Shown in pieces: positions 14,591-16,702 of a stretch of DNA of 16,702 nucleotides. Origin of the DNA: Myxococcota bacterium (GTDB taxonomy: Bacteria; Myxococcota; XYA12-FULL-58-9; JALHOP01); NCBI GenBank assembly GCA_041288095.1, contig JBGGMJ010000144.1:1-16702 (forward strand), read 5' to 3'. Positions within the stretch are counted from its first letter, which is position 1, and each line of letters opens with the position of its first letter. The notes under the pieces are model-generated. The model had not been told where the DNA came from and searched no databases. It saw only the letters and a program-made list of their open reading frames with translations. The position numbers and the translations under genes are program-made.

Positions 14591-16072
14591 ATGTCGCGTT
14601 ATTGCCGTACTGGATCGTGTCGCGGTTTGTTCCTCATGGCCGCGCTCCTCACCGGGCGCCCCGCGAGTGCCGCCGACGTCGGCGTGCTGCCTCTCGCTGC
14701 TCCCCAGGTCGACGCCGCGACCAGGGCGATGGCGCAGGAATCGTTGCTCACCGCCGTGCAAGCGGTCCTGGGCGACAACGTCGAGCCCGGTGAGCTCAAG
14801 AAGCGCTTGGGCCCGCAGCTCCGCCAAGCGCTCGAGTGCAGCGACAGCGAATGCTGGGCGAAGGTCGGCGCCAAGGCGCGCGTCACCTACATGCTCAGTG
14901 CCCGCGGCTTCGGCAAGAAGGGCAACCTCTTGCTCACCGTGGCTCTGGTGCGCGCGAGTGACCGCAAGATCGTCGGCCGCGCCCAGCAGCCACTCGCCAT
15001 CGACAACCCGGCGAGCCTCGGCGCCAGCTGCGAGGACATCATCCGCAAGCTGCGCGAATCGGCGGCGGCGGCGGTCCCGGACCTCGGCGCCAAGGGCGCG
15101 ACGACGTCGGTGGCCGCGACGAGCATGGTGGAAGGCGGCGACACGGTGGTGAACGACCAACCCGGCGACGCAACCGGACCGGCGACGCCACTCGCCGGCA
15201 TGCCCGACGCGCAGGCGGCGAGCACCAGGGCGCCCGAGTGGAAGTCCGGATTCGGTTTCGTCGAGGACGCCGAGACGGCCGGCGGCGAGGAGCCCATGCG
15301 CATCGATGATGGCATCACCGTCGGCGCGTTACCCACAACCAAGGGCGAAGACTCACAGATCATCTTCGGGTTCGGAGCGCCGTCGTTCGCCGAAGACGTC
15401 ACCAACTCGGAGGTCTCGAGCTATCGTTTGTACGGTGAAGGCTCCATGGGTTTCGCGGACAACGCCCTTCACTCGGCGCCAGTCGTCTGGGCGCTCAAGC
15501 TGCCGCTCCCGCGAGTCCTCTTGATCGGCCGGGGAACGGCCGAGGTGGGCGGCTGGTCGCAGGTCCTCCTGCCGCTCGGGTTCGCGGTGGACTGGCGTTT
15601 CGTCCGGCTGGGCAGGACCTTCATGGCGAGCGTCGGCCCGGACGCGTCCATCGCCGGCGGTTTCTTGACCTTCAATGGGTCATCCTCCGACTCGGCGACC
15701 TTCGTGGCCAAGATCCTTGGGCTCGCGGCCGAGGCTACTTATGGCGGACATCTCACCACCTCCGTCAACGTGGGCGGCGCGACTCTCACGCTCACCGGCG
15801 GCGTTTCGCGGCTCACCAACTTGGCGAGCTCCATCGGCAGCGCCACGGCCGGCACTCGCATCCGCGTCTACGGGGCGGCGACCTTCGCTACCTTGCGCTT
15901 CACGGCTAACTTGGGCGGTTTTCTCGTCGGTGTCGACTATCGCGGACGCATGAGCGACACACCAGCGCCGCCGGACGACCTCGCGAGCTCCGGGCCGTAT
16001 TACGGCGTCACCCTGAATCCCAACGTCACATTTGCCAAGGAGCTCAGCGGCTTCATTGGCGGCACTTTCTAG
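14591..16072 (+). CDS. Secreted hypothetical protein (493 aa): Cys-paired N-terminal alpha/beta domain, low-complexity linker, probable C-terminal outer-membrane beta-barrel
   Basis: Signal peptide ending ASA-AD. VGVLPL...ECSDSECWAKVG pattern. Ala/Thr/Pro/Gly-rich linker. Alternating hydrophobic strands, ending LSGFIGGTF with terminal Phe. Confidence 0.72.
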   Translation: MSRYCRTGSCRGLFLMAALLTGRPASAADVGVLPLAAPQVDAATRAMAQESLLTAVQAVLGDNVEPGELKKRLGPQLRQALECSDSECWAKVGAKARVTYMLSARGFGKKGNLLLTVALVRASDRKIVGRAQQPLAIDNPASLGASCEDIIRKLRESAAAAVPDLGAKGATTSVAATSMVEGGDTVVNDQPGDATGPATPLAGMPDAQAASTRAPEWKSGFGFVEDAETAGGEEPMRIDDGITVGALPTTKGEDSQIIFGFGAPSFAEDVTNSEVSSYRLYGEGSMGFADNALHSAPVVWALKLPLPRVLLIGRGTAEVGGWSQVLLPLGFAVDWRFVRLGRTFMASVGPDASIAGGFLTFNGSSSDSATFVAKILGLAAEATYGGHLTTSVNVGGATLTLTGGVSRLTNLASSIGSATAGTRIRVYGAATFATLRFTANLGGFLVGVDYRGRMSDTPAPPDDLASSGPYYGVTLNPNVTFAKELSGFIGGTF

Positions 16073-16084
16073 GAGGCCAAAACC

Positions 16085-16702
16085 ATGCAGCGCTTTCTCG
16101 CGGTCATCGCCGTTGTAAGCCTCGGTTGCGCCACCACGGTGCCGCTCGACGAGCTCGCTCAGGTCGCTGGACCCGACGCCCGCATCGACACGGGCGGTCT
16201 CATCGCCGGCGGCCGCATCGGCCTGTTGCCGTCGCGGACCTGCCCGGTCGAAGTTTACGCGCCCGGCGAGTCGATCTCGACACGCGCCGGCAGCGCCGCC
16301 GACGACGTCTTCCCACGCAAAGAGCTTACGCGCCTCACCGTGAATGCGTTGCTCGTCGACGGTGATCGAGCCACCGCGCTGGTCGCCGACGTCACCGACT
16401 CGCGCGGCCGCCCGCACCGCCTGGCGATCAAGACCGGAGAGCAAGTCGGCTGCCTCGTGCCCTGGACCGAGGCGCTCGAGCGCTTGCACGAGGTCGTCGG
16501 CACCGTCGTCGCCTTCCGGCCCGAAGGGGGCGCGTGCAACGCTATCGCGTTGCGCGGTGATAACGTCCGCAAGCTCTTCGACGCCCAGGCCGTCGATCGC
16601 GGGTTCGAGGTCACTGCGATCACCGTGCGCGGTGATCGCGCCGTCCCGTGGGTGAAGGTCGGTAACATGGAAGTGCGTCACGACGTGCTGGCGAGCTGCT
16701 TT
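16085..16702 (+). CDS. Hypothetical lipoprotein, 3' end outside the window
   Basis: Absent from the ORF track because it has no stop. AGGAGG RBS at 16071-16076, ATG 16085, MQRFLAVIAVVSLGC lipobox-type signal, open for 206 codons to the window end. Confidence 0.8.
   Translation, partial: MQRFLAVIAVVSLGCATTVPLDELAQVAGPDARIDTGGLIAGGRIGLLPSRTCPVEVYAPGESISTRAGSAADDVFPRKELTRLTVNALLVDGDRATALVADVTDSRGRPHRLAIKTGEQVGCLVPWTEALERLHEVVGTVVAFRPEGGACNAIALRGDNVRKLFDAQAVDRGFEVTAITVRGDRAVPWVKVGNMEVRHDVLASCF

Noticed and set aside
1..16702. CRISPR array, tRNA, rRNA or nucleotide tandem repeats
   Set aside because: Intergenic gaps are short and none showed regularly spaced repeats or recognisable RNA-gene signatures on manual reading.

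Overview
High-GC bacterial window, with a gene repertoire that resembles Myxococcota/Deltaproteobacteria (inference). A ~14 kb minus-strand block reads, in transcription order: (1) a five-gene, translationally coupled operon for an uncharacterised membrane complex, including a 1055-aa DUF6754-like protein with Trp-rich repeats; (2) a sphingolipid/ceramide gene set: FA2H/Scs7-type hydroxylase, serine palmitoyltransferase, GNAT ceramide synthase-like gene and coupled SDR reductase; (3) three tandem paralogous two-helix membrane proteins of unknown function that split this set between spt and the ceramide synthase; (4) an orphan TPR-like gene and a truncated FAD-dependent monooxygenase with no canonical start codon. 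The orphan gene and both paralog transcription units share a sigma28-like GCCGATA(A/C) box 8-10 nt before the ATG, suggesting a separately regulated, near-leaderless regulon interleaved with the lipid genes. On the plus strand, a sigma54-like promoter precedes a secreted, probably outer-membrane protein and a truncated lipoprotein. No RNA genes, CRISPR arrays or transposases were seen. Family calls come from motif recognition, not database searches.
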